Shown: one piece after another, positions 36,701 to 51,700 of the stretch
How the letters are laid out: the number at the start of each line of letters is the position of its first letter
Position numbering within the stretch: the first letter of the stretch is position 1
NCBI GenBank assembly: GCA_040954595.2
Contig: CM082589.2
Coordinates: 3,486,213-3,550,212, forward strand
Source: Balanoglossus misakiensis
Lineage: Eukaryota > Animalia > Hemichordata
Length of the DNA stretch: 64,000 nucleotides
Reading direction: 5' to 3'
The notes under the pieces: model-generated
The model's database searches: none
Told to the model about the DNA's origin: nothing
The model's input: the letters and a program-made list of their open reading frames with translations, nothing else
Position numbers and translations under genes: made by a program

Positions 36701-39700
36701 AAATTTGTCCAACATGATGAAGGAACAGACTAAAAATACCAGGATGTAAGGCTGACTTCCATACCTCAGCTAACGCATCCTCCAATTCTTTCTGCCTGTC
36801 GTCGCTTCTCTTCAGCACATCATCCCATCGGCCGTTCAGGTCGTCCAACTTTTTCTTGATCACCCCAGCTCTGTCGGCGTCTTCGTCAGACCCGATGTAT
36901 TTCTTCCCGGCGGTGTTGATCTGCCCGACGCTGGCCTGGTGCCCCAGAACGTCGTTCTGCAGCACTTTGTGTTTAGCGAGCTCGATTTCTATGAGCTTCT
37001 TGTCTCCGAAGACAGGTTTCTGTTTGTCGAGCGTTTCTTCCACCATCTTCAGCCAGGCCAGTAGGGCTTCCATGGTTGAATCGAGTTCACCAAGAGCCAA
37101 CATGGAGGCTTCGAGTTTGTTCTGAAAAGTGAAATTCGTGTCGATGTTTTTGCATTTAGTCAGTTTCATATTATTTTGTTGAATGCCCCATTAGCTGTAA
37201 CTTTTGACTATTTAATTAAGATGTTTGCTTTATGTACCAAATATGGAAATCACTATTTGCATACCTTTCTGTCCACAGTTTTGAGTTGGAGACCATCCCA
37301 TCTCCTGTTGAGATCGGTGAGCGGTCCCTTGATGATGTGCTTGCTGTCTTTGGGTAGTTTCTCCACGAGCTGGTTGCCTAGTTTGTTGATAGCTTCCACT
37401 TCGAATGTATGTGGGTCCAATTCTTCCTTGAATTCTTTCAATTCAGCGACCTGCTCCTTCACCGTTTCCGGATCTGTCGCCACGGGAGCAAAGGAGTCGA
37501 ATTTCTGTTCCTTGTCGGTCAGATATTCGAGGAATCCCTGGAAATAATACAACAAGAAGGATTTTTGTCTAATGCATTATACATTCCATCACTCTAACGG
37601 CAACACAATGCATCTATGTTTGACAGAATATCTTTTAGACTGAGAAACTGTCACCCTTCTAATATGCAAAATAATGAGCATTTCAGCCAATCAACTCTAT
37701 ACGTACATGTAACTTATCGTGATACTTGGCTGCAGCATCCATGGCGTCTGTCAGGTCTTCCTCCCGGTCTTCGTACAACCCATTCAAGACATCCCATTCT
37801 TTGTCGAGTTCGTCAATGTTCTTCTTGACCTCGGGCCTGTCCGGTTCACCACACAGTCGCATGAGGTCTTCTCCCGACTGTCGCACACTCTCCACATCTT
37901 CTTGGGTTCCATCAATTTCTTCCTTGATGGTCTGCAAACACAGAATAATACCTTGACTTAGCATGGCCCCCAGTAAATCACACTCCCCAAGGTGAATTGT
38001 ACTCATCGGATAGGTGTGCGGTCAATTTTCTGTTTCACACAAATCAATGGGCCATACTTTTATTATTATACAACGTTTCTAACCTGCAGCATGTCTTGCT
38101 GTTCCTTGATGACCTCTGGTTGAACACCCGGTGGTTCCTGCGACTTAATTGTGTCCTGAGTTTCTTTGATGGTGTTGGAGACGCCTTGCAGTTCTTCCCA
38201 GAATCTCTCCGAGGCATCCAGACAATTGTCCAGAGCCTGGCCACGATCGTTGGCCTTCTCGATGATGGTGTCCCATCTGTCTGTCAGCTGGTCAAGTTTG
38301 TCCTTCAGTTCTGTGGGATGGGAATATTTAATCATTTCGTCAGTAACAAATGTGCACAATTGTTTCTTAAATGATTCACAGCATGTGCATATTTCAGACG
38401 AGAGTTTTGTTGCTAACTGACCTTTGACTGTTGGATCATCTGGGTTCTCCACACCCTTCATCATGTCTTCGCCAGCCTTCTTCATTGCGTCAATGGTTTC
38501 AGCTTGGTCTTCAACGTCATTGCGCAGATTCTACAAAGCCAATTTTGTTTAGTTACATTATTACTGTCAATGAAATACTTCAGAAGTCAATATGCATGTG
38601 TTCTCTGCGCATGTGGGTCTTACAATTGTGATACTGCCTCCAGGTGACCATCTGTCCCATGTGAACCCAGACTTGGAATTTCATCTCTGACCTACCTGGA
38701 GTTTCTTGATCTGTTTCTTGAGAACTTCTGGGTCGGCGGAGACTGGATCTGCCTTGGCCAGGTGATCCACAATCTTGCCAAGTTGTTCAAGCAGGTTGTC
38801 CAAGTCTTCATGGTACTGAAACACAGAAATACAGAATTCATTTCATCTGGAACTCTTCAAAAAATTCTAGCTTTACTCTCTCTGAAATCACATTTTGCTT
38901 TACTTACCGAAGTCGTTCTCTGCAAGGCATCGTTGAGCTGCTCACCACGCTTGTCCACAGCAAGTTTGATCTTCTCGTACCTCGTGTTGTCAGTGTCCAC
39001 TTTTTCGTTGACGGTGGCAGCACCCTGGCCAGGACTCAACTCCGCCAGTGGTGGCACTGTCTTCTTGAGTTTCTGCAGATGTTGTTTCTTTTCAGCTACC
39101 TCTTGTTTCATGAGCTGTCAAGAAAATCCACAAAATCAGAGAAAGTTTTAGAAATCCTTAATTTGACTCAAAGCTTTTAAATATTATGTTTGTTAGAGGC
39201 CACACTGGTTCACCATGACAACAGATGAAGTCCTCTCACCCTGTTCTTGTCGGTTTCTTTCTTGATTTCATCAGCCTCTAAACCAGGAGCAGGCAACTTC
39301 TTCAGCTCCTCTTCCATGGCGTCCAGCCAATCATTCAACTCATCATGTGTCTCCTTCACGGTGACGGTCAGAGGAACGGCTTCTTCGATCTGTTCCAGTT
39401 TGTCTCCGCTCATCGTCTTCAGCTCGTCGTACTTCACCTTCATGGTGTCGACTTTTTCTTTCAGTTTGGATTTCGCCTCCTCATCTGCTGTTTCCTCCAT
39501 CAGTTTCTCTGCAGCTGAGAGGTAGTCTTGGATACGGTCTCCCTTGGAATGAACATCTCTGTCGGCAACCTGTAATCACAGAATTATGTCATCAGAAACA
39601 TTTAACTTCTGAGTCAGTGCTAAAAATAATGTGATCAGTAATAGTAGTAGTTTAAAACCATCTGGCATCTAAAATTCAAGGCTTCTATGCACTGTGTTTG

Positions 39701-42700
39701 CACTACAGTCCTTGCTGACAAATTGCTAGACCATATATCTCACCTTCATTGCCTTCAGTTGTTTCTTTGTACCATCTGGTTCCACGTCGATCGGTTCCTC
39801 ACAAAGCATCTTCAACATCCTCTCCAAGTCTTGTAACCAGACCACCATCTCGTCCAGACTGTCGGTAATCTGTAGAGTAAGAATTATCATTCCTGATTAT
39901 TTCTGATTCTGTTTCAGAAGAAAGCACATTCAAGCAAGTGATAAAGCTGGGCAGGTGTGGCCCCCGAAATACAGATCACTGACAAGCGACAAACAGATTT
40001 CTCTGTAATAAACTCCACACCCCTCAAACACACAGATGGTAGAATCTCTCCTTTCTCCACTGGACTGGTCCACTGCATTGTGGGGAAGGTATAGCACATA
40101 CAACACTCCTCACCTTCTGTGCACCTTCCAGCATGGCTATCAGTTTATACTCAATATCTTTGAGTTTCTGGATGACGTTGTCGTATCGTTTGTTGTCGGA
40201 CGTGATCTTCTCTTTCAAGTCCTTGGCGGCATTTTCGTCCACCAAGTCCATGAGTTTTGGTCCCGTCTCGTTAATGGTATCAAGGTGAGTCTTCATCTCA
40301 CTGGCTTGGCTTTGCAGTTTCTGAAAATTCAAACAACAATATTCTATCAATGCAAAGTCAAAATGTTTCCATTTTGGCAGTGAAAGAACTGGCTGGGAAT
40401 CAATTTTGGACCACAAATCTGGGGTGGGAAACAGTTAAGAATTCAGGGGCTCTCAGAACCAGTACCAAGGTAAATTCAAGGTTCCTGTTACACTTCACAC
40501 TTCATACCTCATGCTTCACTTTCTGTTCTTCTGCCGGGGCAGTGGTGTCAAAGTTCTGCACGTCGTCTTCAACAGAATCCAGCCACTCAACCAGCTTGGC
40601 GTGAGCCTCGTGGAATCGACTTGCGTACGTCTTGGCGTGTTCAAGTTCATGCATGCGGTCGTCGCTCTTTCCACAGATGTCCGAATACTGCTCCTTGATC
40701 GAATCGAGTTTCTGCTCAACCGAAAGCACTTCAGAACCTGCAAATAAAAGTAACAGAACCGACTTTCAAAATATGATTAAAACTAGGCAAATAGTAACAC
40801 AACACAGCCAAAAAATTCACACCTACCACTATAATCAATCAACTGGCAACAAAATTATATTTTTTCTAAGTGCAGTTTTAACCATGAAAATGGCACGTTT
40901 CTTGTTCTTTTTAACATTCTCACCTGTGCAATGCTTGATGAGTTCATGACCAGCAGCAATGGCATCTTCCACATTGGACTTATGCTTCTTGATTTCATCA
41001 TCGAGAGCCTGGAATGAAAAATATGCAACAAAAGTGAGGACATGACGTCTGATGTGAAGTAACACTTCTACTGATGTGTTAAACATCATAAAATGAAGTC
41101 ATTATGAGGTTATGATGATTTCACAAGTGTTTTACTCTTCCAGCACCATGGGGTTGGGGGCCTTACAAATGCCCAGTGTCAGTTCTGAATTTACTAGTCG
41201 TTGACTCTGGTCCAAAATAATTACACATATGCCGACAACAAATTTACATATTCAGGGAAGGGGGAGAGCCAATACTTGGTGCTGAATGAGTTAAATGATG
41301 GGAATGTACAGAGTGCACCCGGATGAAATCCTCTGAAAGTTAACTTGTATGAGCACGCTCCAAAGGAAAGTACGTCGTCTTCTGCGCCTGTTCTTAGTCC
41401 ACAGTTTGGGGAGAGTCAATCTGTTGACACATATGAGCTACGATCGATGACTTCTGATCCACTTGACGTTCGGTTTTCGAGATTTTTTTTCTTTCTGAAT
41501 ATTTTTGGGGGGCGATTTTTTTTTAGCTTATTGTGTCTAAATGTGCATTTATGAATAAAAAGCAATGCCGTTTCCTTTTTGTGATTCACAAACTTACTAG
41601 CCGTGATTTTGGCTGGCATCGTTGGTGCGCAAGTTAACCTTTTTCAAATTTTAAAGACATGTGCTAATCTGTGGCAATTTCTGATAAATGGGTTGCCATG
41701 GTGATTCAGTGGTTTAATGCTGTGTACAAAAGCTAACACACTTACAATGCAATAATTGACCAAAAGGGTGCAACTATGACATTACGTAAAATATGCATAA
41801 ATGATTTTCAAAGCATAAAACAATTTCAAAGACAGCACTTAAAAGGAAAATAATACAGACCACAGAAGTATTTCCTTACACCAAGATAATAGATATTTAA
41901 ATAAAGAATGAGCCAGCACCAAAAGCCCCAGATGTACAGTATGTGATTGGTTTTTTTTAGTTCATGCAACTTAATTCATGCAACTAGCAAGAGGGATGCA
42001 CAATTACGGATATTGTAAATGGGGAGGGGGGGGGGGAGGAGGAGTAATCAGGACACATGAATGCAACTAAGCAGGATGTGTGAGGGCTGAGTGTCTACAT
42101 GATGGGAGGGAGTCTCGAAGTCGAGTTCCAGATTCCTTGAAGACGATGTAGTTAGAGAGAAGAATGGGAGATTTAAAAAAAGAAGAGTTTTCTGGAAGAT
42201 CCAGATGACAGTTGATTCCGCTAGACCACCCGAGATGTTGAGTCATTCACTCATGCAGACAGAACAGTACCGTGTGCTCTTCAAGTTGGCTCAAGATCTC
42301 TTCTGGTTGGATGGACACCGGCTCAAGGCTGTTTAACTTCTCCTGCGTGTCGGCCAACCATTGCATGAGGTCCTGCTCGTTGGCGCCAAACTTTTCCACG
42401 TTTTTCAGCGCCTGCGCCAACAGTTTCGCCCTCCTGTCGGCCTTATCGCAAAGCTCGTCGTATCTGATTTGCATGCTGTCTGTCTTTTCCTGCAAAGCCT
42501 CGCCGTCCTCTGGAGACACCAAGTCTTTCAGCGATTGGCTGATTTGGACCACCTGATCCATGGGCTCCTTGTGATTGGCCACGTCATCAGTCAATGCCTG
42601 TTTGTTAGTTAGGTGGGGGGTAGGAGGCAACGATGTGAATATGGACATGTGACAACCTACATGTAACATGCATTCTGTCAATTCATGCAGGAGACTTCAC

Positions 42701-45700
42701 TATTATAACTCTGGTTCTACACATAAGATCACACAGAACTGACATATAACAAGACGACACTAAACTTCATAAGATGAACCTCTCCAGCATTAGATAATGA
42801 AGTTCACCACATTGTTTCTTTGTACTGTCACTACTGCACATGACAAATAATTGTTAGTTCAGAATTCACAAATCTGGGACGTACGGTATAAAATACAGAA
42901 AACAAGAAAACATGTTTCCAATCCACTCTAATGATTTCAAATCTACTTGTGCCAATCCCTACCTTGTGATCTTTGATCTGCTCCTCGATCTTCTCCGGAG
43001 TTGACCCGAGCGGCTCTTCCGCGGATAGCTTCTTTTCCGTCTTCTCGATCCATTCCAGCAGTGGTTCCGATTTGTCCTGGAAGGCCTTGGCAACTTCCAA
43101 GAGCTCCTCCAGGTTCTTGCGGCGATTGTCGGCCGTGTTGTTCAGAGCGTCCCATCTCTTCTGCAGATCGTTCAGCTGCTCCGCTATCTTGTCTTTGTCA
43201 TCGGTGTCCGATCCTTCCATCATCTTGGCTCCCATGTCCTTCACCGCCTCCATGCTGTGCTTCTTGTCGGCGATCAGTTTATCCAGCAACTGGCAAAGGT
43301 AACATAAAAATTTGGATGTGTGACATGCTTGCTACATGGGTTTGAGTCAATACCCATTTGAGGGTCCTGAGAAACTTGTCAAACATAAACCATGATGTCA
43401 TCTGAACTTTTTTTATATTCTACTAACCTTCTGTTCAGAAAGCTGAGCCTTGACGACTTTGTAGTCAGCCGATGGCTCCTTCTGATTGGCCATCAGTTCT
43501 TCAGTCTCTTGCAACCAATCCAAAATGGCGGTCAGAGCCTCAGAGAATTTGCCACATTGTAGCAATGCGTCGTTGATCTTGGTATCCCTGTCTGATGTCT
43601 GGAGGGGGAACGAGAAGAATACAAGATGCTTATTTTAAGACAATATCTTGGTGTCTGTGTCTCTTTTTGATATCAAATGAGATTTTAATATATTCTGTCC
43701 AGACAAAAGGCTAACTTTGATGTGTGTGGAAAACAGCACAACTGAAAACTTCTATTAATCTCTTTCATCACACTGACCTCTGTTCTCAGTTTTTCCCATC
43801 TACTGTTGACACCTTCCAAATCTTCTTCAATCTTCTTGGTACTCACTCCCGGAGAGGCACTCTGTACCAGACCTTGTCCAGCCTTGTTTACATCTCCGAC
43901 CTTGTCCGAGAGTGGATCATAATGATCTTTCTGGAATTTCTACAAAATTCGAGGAAGCATTTAAGTTTAATATCATGGTAATCACAACTGACACCTTTCA
44001 TTACACAACGTATGGGAAAAATTATGGAGCCATTTTTTTGTGAACTGCAAAAAGTCTGAACACTCACCTTGAAATCATCTTGTTGCAATCTGACCGTGTC
44101 GACATCTGTGCCAACAGGTTTCTGCGAGGCTAGGTAGCTCTCAGCAGCAATCAGGCCAGTGTCAACCTCAGACAGAGCAAGGTTGAAGTCTTGTAGTTTT
44201 TCAAGTGTGTTGTCAAGATCCTCCTTTCTGTTGTGCAGACGATCTGTCAGGCGGTTGCCTCTCTTCTTCAAGTTTTCGACCTTTTGACGAAAAAATTGGC
44301 ATAATATTTATTTTATTTCTCACGAACAGCAAAATGTATTGTTATTCAGTTTTAGAACCTCCTTATACAGCTTCCATTTTTTTCCTTCTTTATGTCAGAC
44401 CCTGAAATTCCTTTATACAAGATAAAAGATTAAATGTCTTCAGAAAAAAGTCCTTCTTTTTTAAATTTGTTGATTTTTAAAAAGCAATTTTCTGACTGGA
44501 CAATATTTGAAGAGACATATACTATAGACAGCAGTCTATAAAACACAGCAAGAGAGAAAACAAGTAAATTGGAAAACCAAGAAAAAGGTAACATCTAAAA
44601 CCAAATGTATGACGTACAGCAATCATGCTGAAGATAACAGAAAGAAAATGACCAAGTCGAAAACATCAAGATTTAAGAATACCACAAGTTAACAGGAACT
44701 AGGTGTAGCAATGTTACAACTCACTAAACAAGTGGCTTGGCATAATTTGTTCACTATTAATCTCTCTGAATTCCACAAAGCATGGGACCCTCTCGTTTAT
44801 AATATTATTGGTCAGACCAATTAATACAGCAATGTAGGTTAGATGACATTAGACTGACGATTATTCTTTCGCCTCATACCCTTTTCACTTCAATACAATG
44901 GTTGGCTTCACTTATTTCTTTCCATGGCATGGTTGAACCCATTATTGATAAATGGGGGTGATAGCTAGGGGTTAGAATAATGAATGCTCTCCACCTTGTT
45001 CCTGTGTTATTCAGATCAGTCATGAAGTATTGGTGTTTGCTGATAAGTTTTGATGCATTATGCTGTTTCAAATTCTGATAAGTCAATGGGTCCACCTTTT
45101 CAGAACTAACCCATCCCAACCAGCAGATTGAGATGTGGTTTGTTATGAAAAAGGTTTCAATTAACTACTCTTTGAACCTGAGAAGAAATGAAATGTTTCT
45201 TGCTCAAAAATAAATTGTCAATTTCAATTCCAGGTGATCAGACTGCACTGACTAGTTCTTCATTTTGTTTTTGTTCTGTCTTGTCTGTGTTTGTTTTATT
45301 TTCTTTTGTTTGTTTTGACTCACACAACAACACTCTTTGGCACAAGAAACATTTTGGTTCTTCACAGGCCATCAGTTTATACACTGAGATTAACAACTGA
45401 ACTTAACATGCAACTTTTTGCTGAAAACAAAAAATATATATATACAGGACGAAGAGGGAAAGGTTAGTACAGGATAGGTACGCTGAAAATAAAATGTATA
45501 AAAAATTAACTGTGAACTGAATGTTTTACGAATATGATATTAACATGCAGAAAACTATGTATTCTAGGGCTGCATGTTTTGTTTACCTGTGACTTCTGCT
45601 GAGCTGTTCGCTGTCCATCCGAGAGGAAGAGAAATTTTTGACATAAAGCACAGACATTTAGAGCAACATGGTTATCAAGACAACAGATGAGACAAATGTT

Positions 45701-48700
45701 GTAAAGGCAGAGAGTGAGGCAGACTGGACAGGACTTTGGTGTCGATAAGCGAGCAGACGACAGATATTTGACCATGTTTTGTGGGAATTTTGGAGTATGG
45801 TAATATTGTGTCAGGTACTGTCAGTAATCGTCGGTCGCTGTCATGGAGATGTGTCAGACATAGTGGAGGACGTACACACTGGGTAAGATCAAAGCATGGA
45901 TTTTTTAGGTACTCGTAGCCAGTGAAGTGACTTTGAACTTTTACCTGATAGAACTTGCACACCGTTTGTTTAGTTCATAAGATGACATAAGCACACGTAA
46001 CTGTCACTCCAGAATATCAATGTTTGACCAGTTATGGTCAACACCAAATATGGAAAAAAATCTACACCATATATGGATGGGTATTAAGAGTAAAAGTGTC
46101 GTTATTTCTCACCTGTTCTTGGAGTGGTTGTGGCTCTGCAGTGAAGCCTTTGCTGATGAGTTCGTGCAGTGTGGCATGTTCATTGTCAATGTCGGCCAAA
46201 CGCTTCTTGAGATTGTCTTGTAGTTCCTGGGGGAAATTATCAACAATTTCAAGATCAGTTTGATGAAAAAGGAAATTTAGATCTACATACCCACATACAT
46301 GTACATGTACACAATTGTCAATAAAAAAAGGGTGTTCATGTACACCATTCTGGGATTTTAAAATATTTGCCTGTAAAACATTCAAATCATCATCAACCAG
46401 TATTTGCCCATCATATGAATGCTATGGCCCCTCTGCAAGTTCACAGAGTTGCCAATTCCTTTTGTTATGGGCAGGCACCAATGTAACACAGAGGGACGTT
46501 GAAACTCACCATGACATCATCCATTTGCTTTCTGATGGTTTCCTCTTCCCTGCCGATGGCTGTCATCTGATCAAACTGGTCTTCCAAGTCTGTCAGATTT
46601 GCCTGCAGGTCGCGCAGTTTGTTCTGGAACAGGCCAACCTCCTCTGTCGCCGTCTCCAGACCCTTGAGTCGGTCGGCAACAGCTTGCGTCAGGACGTCGT
46701 GGCGAGCAACGACAAAGTCCACCTCCTCCTTGACCGGCGAGGTATCGCTGCCTTCTGGGGCCTTTTCAATGACCTTGTCACCAAGATCTTTGACTTCATC
46801 CACTTTGGGTTTAAGTCTGGATACCTCATCTTGCAAGTCCTGTGAAGGAGAATTATAACAAATTTGTTGCTTTGAAAACTTGTATCATATACTAACTACA
46901 GTGTATGTGGATCTCTGCTTCATTAGCATCAGAGATTACCCACTAGTAGAATCAGCACAAGCATCCATACCTTCATCTTATCCAGGTGTTTGCTTTCCTT
47001 AGCTTCTGATCCCAGTTTGTCGTGGGCGGCCAACTTGTCTTCGCATTTGCCGAGTCCATCCTGTGTGTCTTTCAGAGCACTGTGGAATGCTTGAAGAGCT
47101 TTGAGGTTAGCGTCCGTGTCATCTTTCCTGTCCGATGTATCTGTGATGAAAATAGAAATTGTTGAAATGAATGATGATGGTGACACAAATTTTTGCAGAT
47201 TTCCAGTGCAGATTTTGTAGACTTATTCGGTTGATTTTTACAATGGTTATCAACAAACCTTTGGCAAGTTTATCATATCTGTCGATGACATCCTTGGTGT
47301 CCTTCAAGACGTCGTCACCACCAACTTCGCTGGCATCTGCCAGTTTCTTGGCAATGGTATCCAAGTTGTCAACGTTCGGTTTGTGGGCAGTGACATCGCT
47401 CTCAAGACCCTGCGAGAAAAAAAGAGCAGTTTATCAGTGTAGTGTCTACCAATATTACATTCTCAAACAGACCTATTTTTGGCATGCCAAATGCTGATCA
47501 CATATTGAACCATACTGTCACCATCCAATGTGTTTTTTAGATCAAAATTCGAATCTTGTTACCTTGGCGTCCTCTTTCTGTTGTTTGGCGTCATCCACCT
47601 TCATGCTGATTGGCTCCTGTGATGCCAGCTTCTCTTCCGTCTCCTCTAACCATGGCAACACCCTCTTCATCTCATCATTGTACCTGTCGGCCAATCCCTC
47701 CACATCTCGCAGCTTGCCCTGTCTGTCGCCCGATTTCTGATTGACGTCATCCCATTTGGATTTGAGTTTGTCGACTTTATCTTTGAGTGTGTCGTATTCA
47801 GGGCCTGGCTGTGCCTCTAGTAACATCTTCTGGGCTTTCTCCGCCACCTGCTCGTACGACGGCTCTTGTTGAGTGATTTCTTTGACCACAGGCTGTGTAA
47901 TAAACAGATTATACGGTTATTTAAGGTCATATGCAGAAGAAAATACTGATACGGAAATCTTGATTTTGTTTTCAAACATACTTATTAATTTTTTTGTCTT
48001 ATTATCAGAAACATTTTGCATTATACCTCGTGTTGTTGGATTTGCTCTTTGACCTTCTCTGGTTTGGCATCAACCGGTTCCACGCTGGTCAACTCCACTC
48101 CCTTCTCGTCCAGCCACTTCAACAGACCATCACAAGTGTCTTCAAAGTCTCTCGACTGCAGAAGGGCAGCTTGTAGTTTGCCAACTCGTTCATCTGCAGA
48201 GAACAAAGCATGTGATCAAAAACCTGCCAACATCTATTCCTGTATATGTAAGTTCATACATTTTTACAGAGAGTGTGTCTTTGTGTGAGTTCTCACCTAA
48301 TTTCTGACAAAGTTCATCGTATGGTTTGATAACAGAGTCCAATTTCCTCTTCAAGTCGGCTTTGCCGGATGGTTCATCCACCAGGTCATCAACGGCCCTG
48401 TATTTTTCTTGCAGCTTGGCGATGTCTGGTTTCTTGCTGTCGGCCTCATCTTGCAAGTCCTAAAATAACAGGCACAGAGAAAAAATGGCTTAACTGGTTG
48501 GTGTGTACAAAACAGACTGGAAACAAAATGGGACATCATTCATTGTGGTATTTATACACTGGATATAAAAAGTAATGGCTGGACCAGAGGGGTCAGAGAC
48601 TGACACGAGAGGGGCTAAAATTCACTGCTTACCTTTGTCTCCTGTATCTGTTTACTGACAATGGCCGGATTGGTGCTGACCGGTGACAGGTTCTTGACTC

Positions 48701-51700
48701 TTCCTTGGATGTCCGACAACCAGTCCAGAAGTTCTCGCAGGGTGTCGTGGAATACCTCGCTCTCTTCCATCATCTTGTCGATTTTCTTCCCCCTGTCTTC
48801 CAGGCCTCCTTTCAAGTTGTTCCATTTTTCATTCACCTCCTCAAGTTGCGCCTTCACCGGGGAGTCCTCCCTCGTCTCCGCTGGCAACGCCTCCAAGATG
48901 GCTTCCCCAGATTTGTTGAGTTCTTCCAGTTGGTATTCATTGCCTTCAAACTCATCAAGAATGACCTAAAGAAAAATGATTTGATTTAGTATTTTTTGAA
49001 ACTGAAATGGAGATTTCATTATTCTGAGAGAGGGAAATATTTGATGTTCAACTTCTAGTGAATTTATATAACTTCATTTTTCCTGTGCTTTCAAGCATTT
49101 TTCAGGAGCAAATTTCAAATTCAGGAGTGTACATGTATGTATAGAATATGACTCAACAAAGTATTTCTGAATCACCATATCAGAGAGAGCAATTTATGCT
49201 GAGCATCAACAAACGGCTCTGACACAGCTCCAGTTTAAGCAGCACATTAGTTTGATCTTCTGTAATGTATACCCCTTTCTCTATTTATAAACATCAACCC
49301 TACCCCAGTACATCAATCCAACTGACAGAGTGAAAAACGTCAGATGTTTAGCTTTGGTAACATTTCGTGCACACATATATAAATATATATATACATTCCC
49401 TGCATCGCAATCAACTGGTTTTATCAGTTATTTTTCGGTACACACATAATCTAGACATAAACAAGAGTGTGATAGGCACAGCTGAAGCAGAATTTCAATT
49501 TGGCCAACACAGCATGTTGTGATAAATATTATCTAGGACATGACATAAATTCAGCCAATAAGTTGGGTCTGAACAACATTTCCCTATCTGCAGGAGTCCA
49601 GGATATCCGTAAGCACTGGCGTGAATCAGTGAACATGTCTGTATGTTTAAACATCCTACTTCCAGATGATGCAAAATATGTCTGGTATTTTGGCTCTGTT
49701 TGGTTTATCTGATATGTGATTGAATCCAAATCTCAGACAATTCTTGAGCTACTACATTTTGTCAACAAGGTCAACCCTGAATACCAAAAATTATTGTGGA
49801 ATTAAAATGAGATCCCAGCATCAGCGGGGTCATGCCACGGTGAAAATACCAATATAACAGTGTCCACTGAGATAACACATAACTTGCAAACATCTGACAT
49901 GGAGATTTTGCGTTCTTATATATTAAATCTGGCCACAGTAATTTATTGTGATGTTCTGAGTAACCTTTTGCACAAAGTAGATATTTTCAGAATCAACATC
50001 AATTAAAACTTTAATTTCAAAATATTTTACCAGTCAGTTTGCTTTAACTTTCATATACTGCAGCACTCACATATTTATCACACGGATATTTATTTGTTAA
50101 CCATAAAACTTATGGTCATAAATCAAACTCCATGCAGGTGGATGGGGTTTTCAGCTTGCGTCATAAATTAATTTATGCACAGACACAACAAATGAATAGT
50201 GTTTACATCAGTTTGAGATTCAAGGCATTCATATCTCAATATGGGGTTTTCAATCTGCAAAAGTCTCATCACAGGAATCACTAGAGTGTGTAAACAAAGA
50301 ATTAACTAAGCATGGCCTCACCTCGATCTGTTGTTTCTGACTTCTCAGGACCATCACCTCCACGGCGACCGAGCCGAGCACCACGATGATCTTCTCCTTC
50401 AGCGCCAGCCACTTCTTGAGACGCTTGCAGGCCTCCTCGAACCGGCCAAGGTTGTTGGCGGCGTCTTCCAGAGCCTGCCGACGCTCAGCTGCCTTCTTCT
50501 GCAGATCGTTCCACTTGTCATCTGCGTCGGGAGGGAAGTAGACAAAGACGGCGATTAGCACCAGCACAAAGGCCAGGAAGTACAGAAACACCGGCATCAC
50601 GGGCCAGCCGTTGCCATGGAAATGACTAGAAGAGAACGCATGGTGATCAGATGGATGTGCTCACGGTGGATAAGGGATGATATCACTGCAGAGCAACCCG
50701 GGGATCAAAGGTTGGAAGTCAGAGTTCACTGAGAAAGTTGATCTGTTGACGGAAATCTCCAGCAAATGTACTTACAGCAACAGTATTAATATACACTCAT
50801 TAAGATAGACTCATGTGTATTTTTACAGTAAGGACATGTGTCAAAACAGGGTGTCAGTGGAAATGGCCCAATGTGTTATCTGGAATTTGAACTTGCTAAT
50901 ATTTGCCATACTTGCATTTAATTTCCTTGTAAGGAATTTTGAACAGTACCAGTTAATGTAGGTTTCTGCCCACAGACTCAGCTATCAAAATTTTGTGTAC
51001 ACTAACATCGCTAGCGACGTCATTTCTAACATGGTGGTCATATGGTTGACAGCTACAAGAATGATATATAACATCTGTCCAAATGTTGTCCATGAAGACC
51101 ATACCTATCGACTTTTAATTCTGTACTGGCCCTTTCATTTAACAATCATTATCCCTATCCTTTATATCCATGCCTTTGTTCTGCCTTTAACTTAATTATG
51201 CTTTTATATCGCCATACATAACATAAGTCCATCAAACAATCTCTTCAATATTGAATTTATAGTGATGACTTCTGCAAGTGGTGGGGATACTAATTTTATC
51301 ATGACCCTCTGACCTTAGTGCTGAATGTCATGTATATCACACGAGTTATGGATCTAGCTTGACGTCGTAAATTAAATTTATGTCTCACAGTTGTTATCCA
51401 GGTTCATTTATCAAGCAGTCAGTGAAGTCTATGATGTATACAATATAAATACCATGATGTTTATCAAACGGATGCTTTTTTAAACTTAAATTTCACCATC
51501 ATGGTTTGGTTTAAATTCATCGTTTAATGTAGAAAAGTTGACCGTATTTTATAATGAGTGATGTTTTATGTTACTGGTGGATACAAGTTGATATATAGGA
51601 TGGTGTGTGTAGGTTGATACAGTTTACAACATATTGGAATGGGGTAACATATTGTGGATTTATGTAGATATATCTGGGTTGACTTGGGGTGACCACCTTT

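Noticed and set aside
41336-41643. Possible Kolobok-like MITE (AAGTTAACTTG ... CAAGTTAACCTTT)
   Set aside because: The inverted match is short and degenerate with no clear TSD.
42060-42140. Acceptor-like site giving [12 protein letters not shown]...
   Set aside because: No symmetric donor; ends in a stop; insufficient support.
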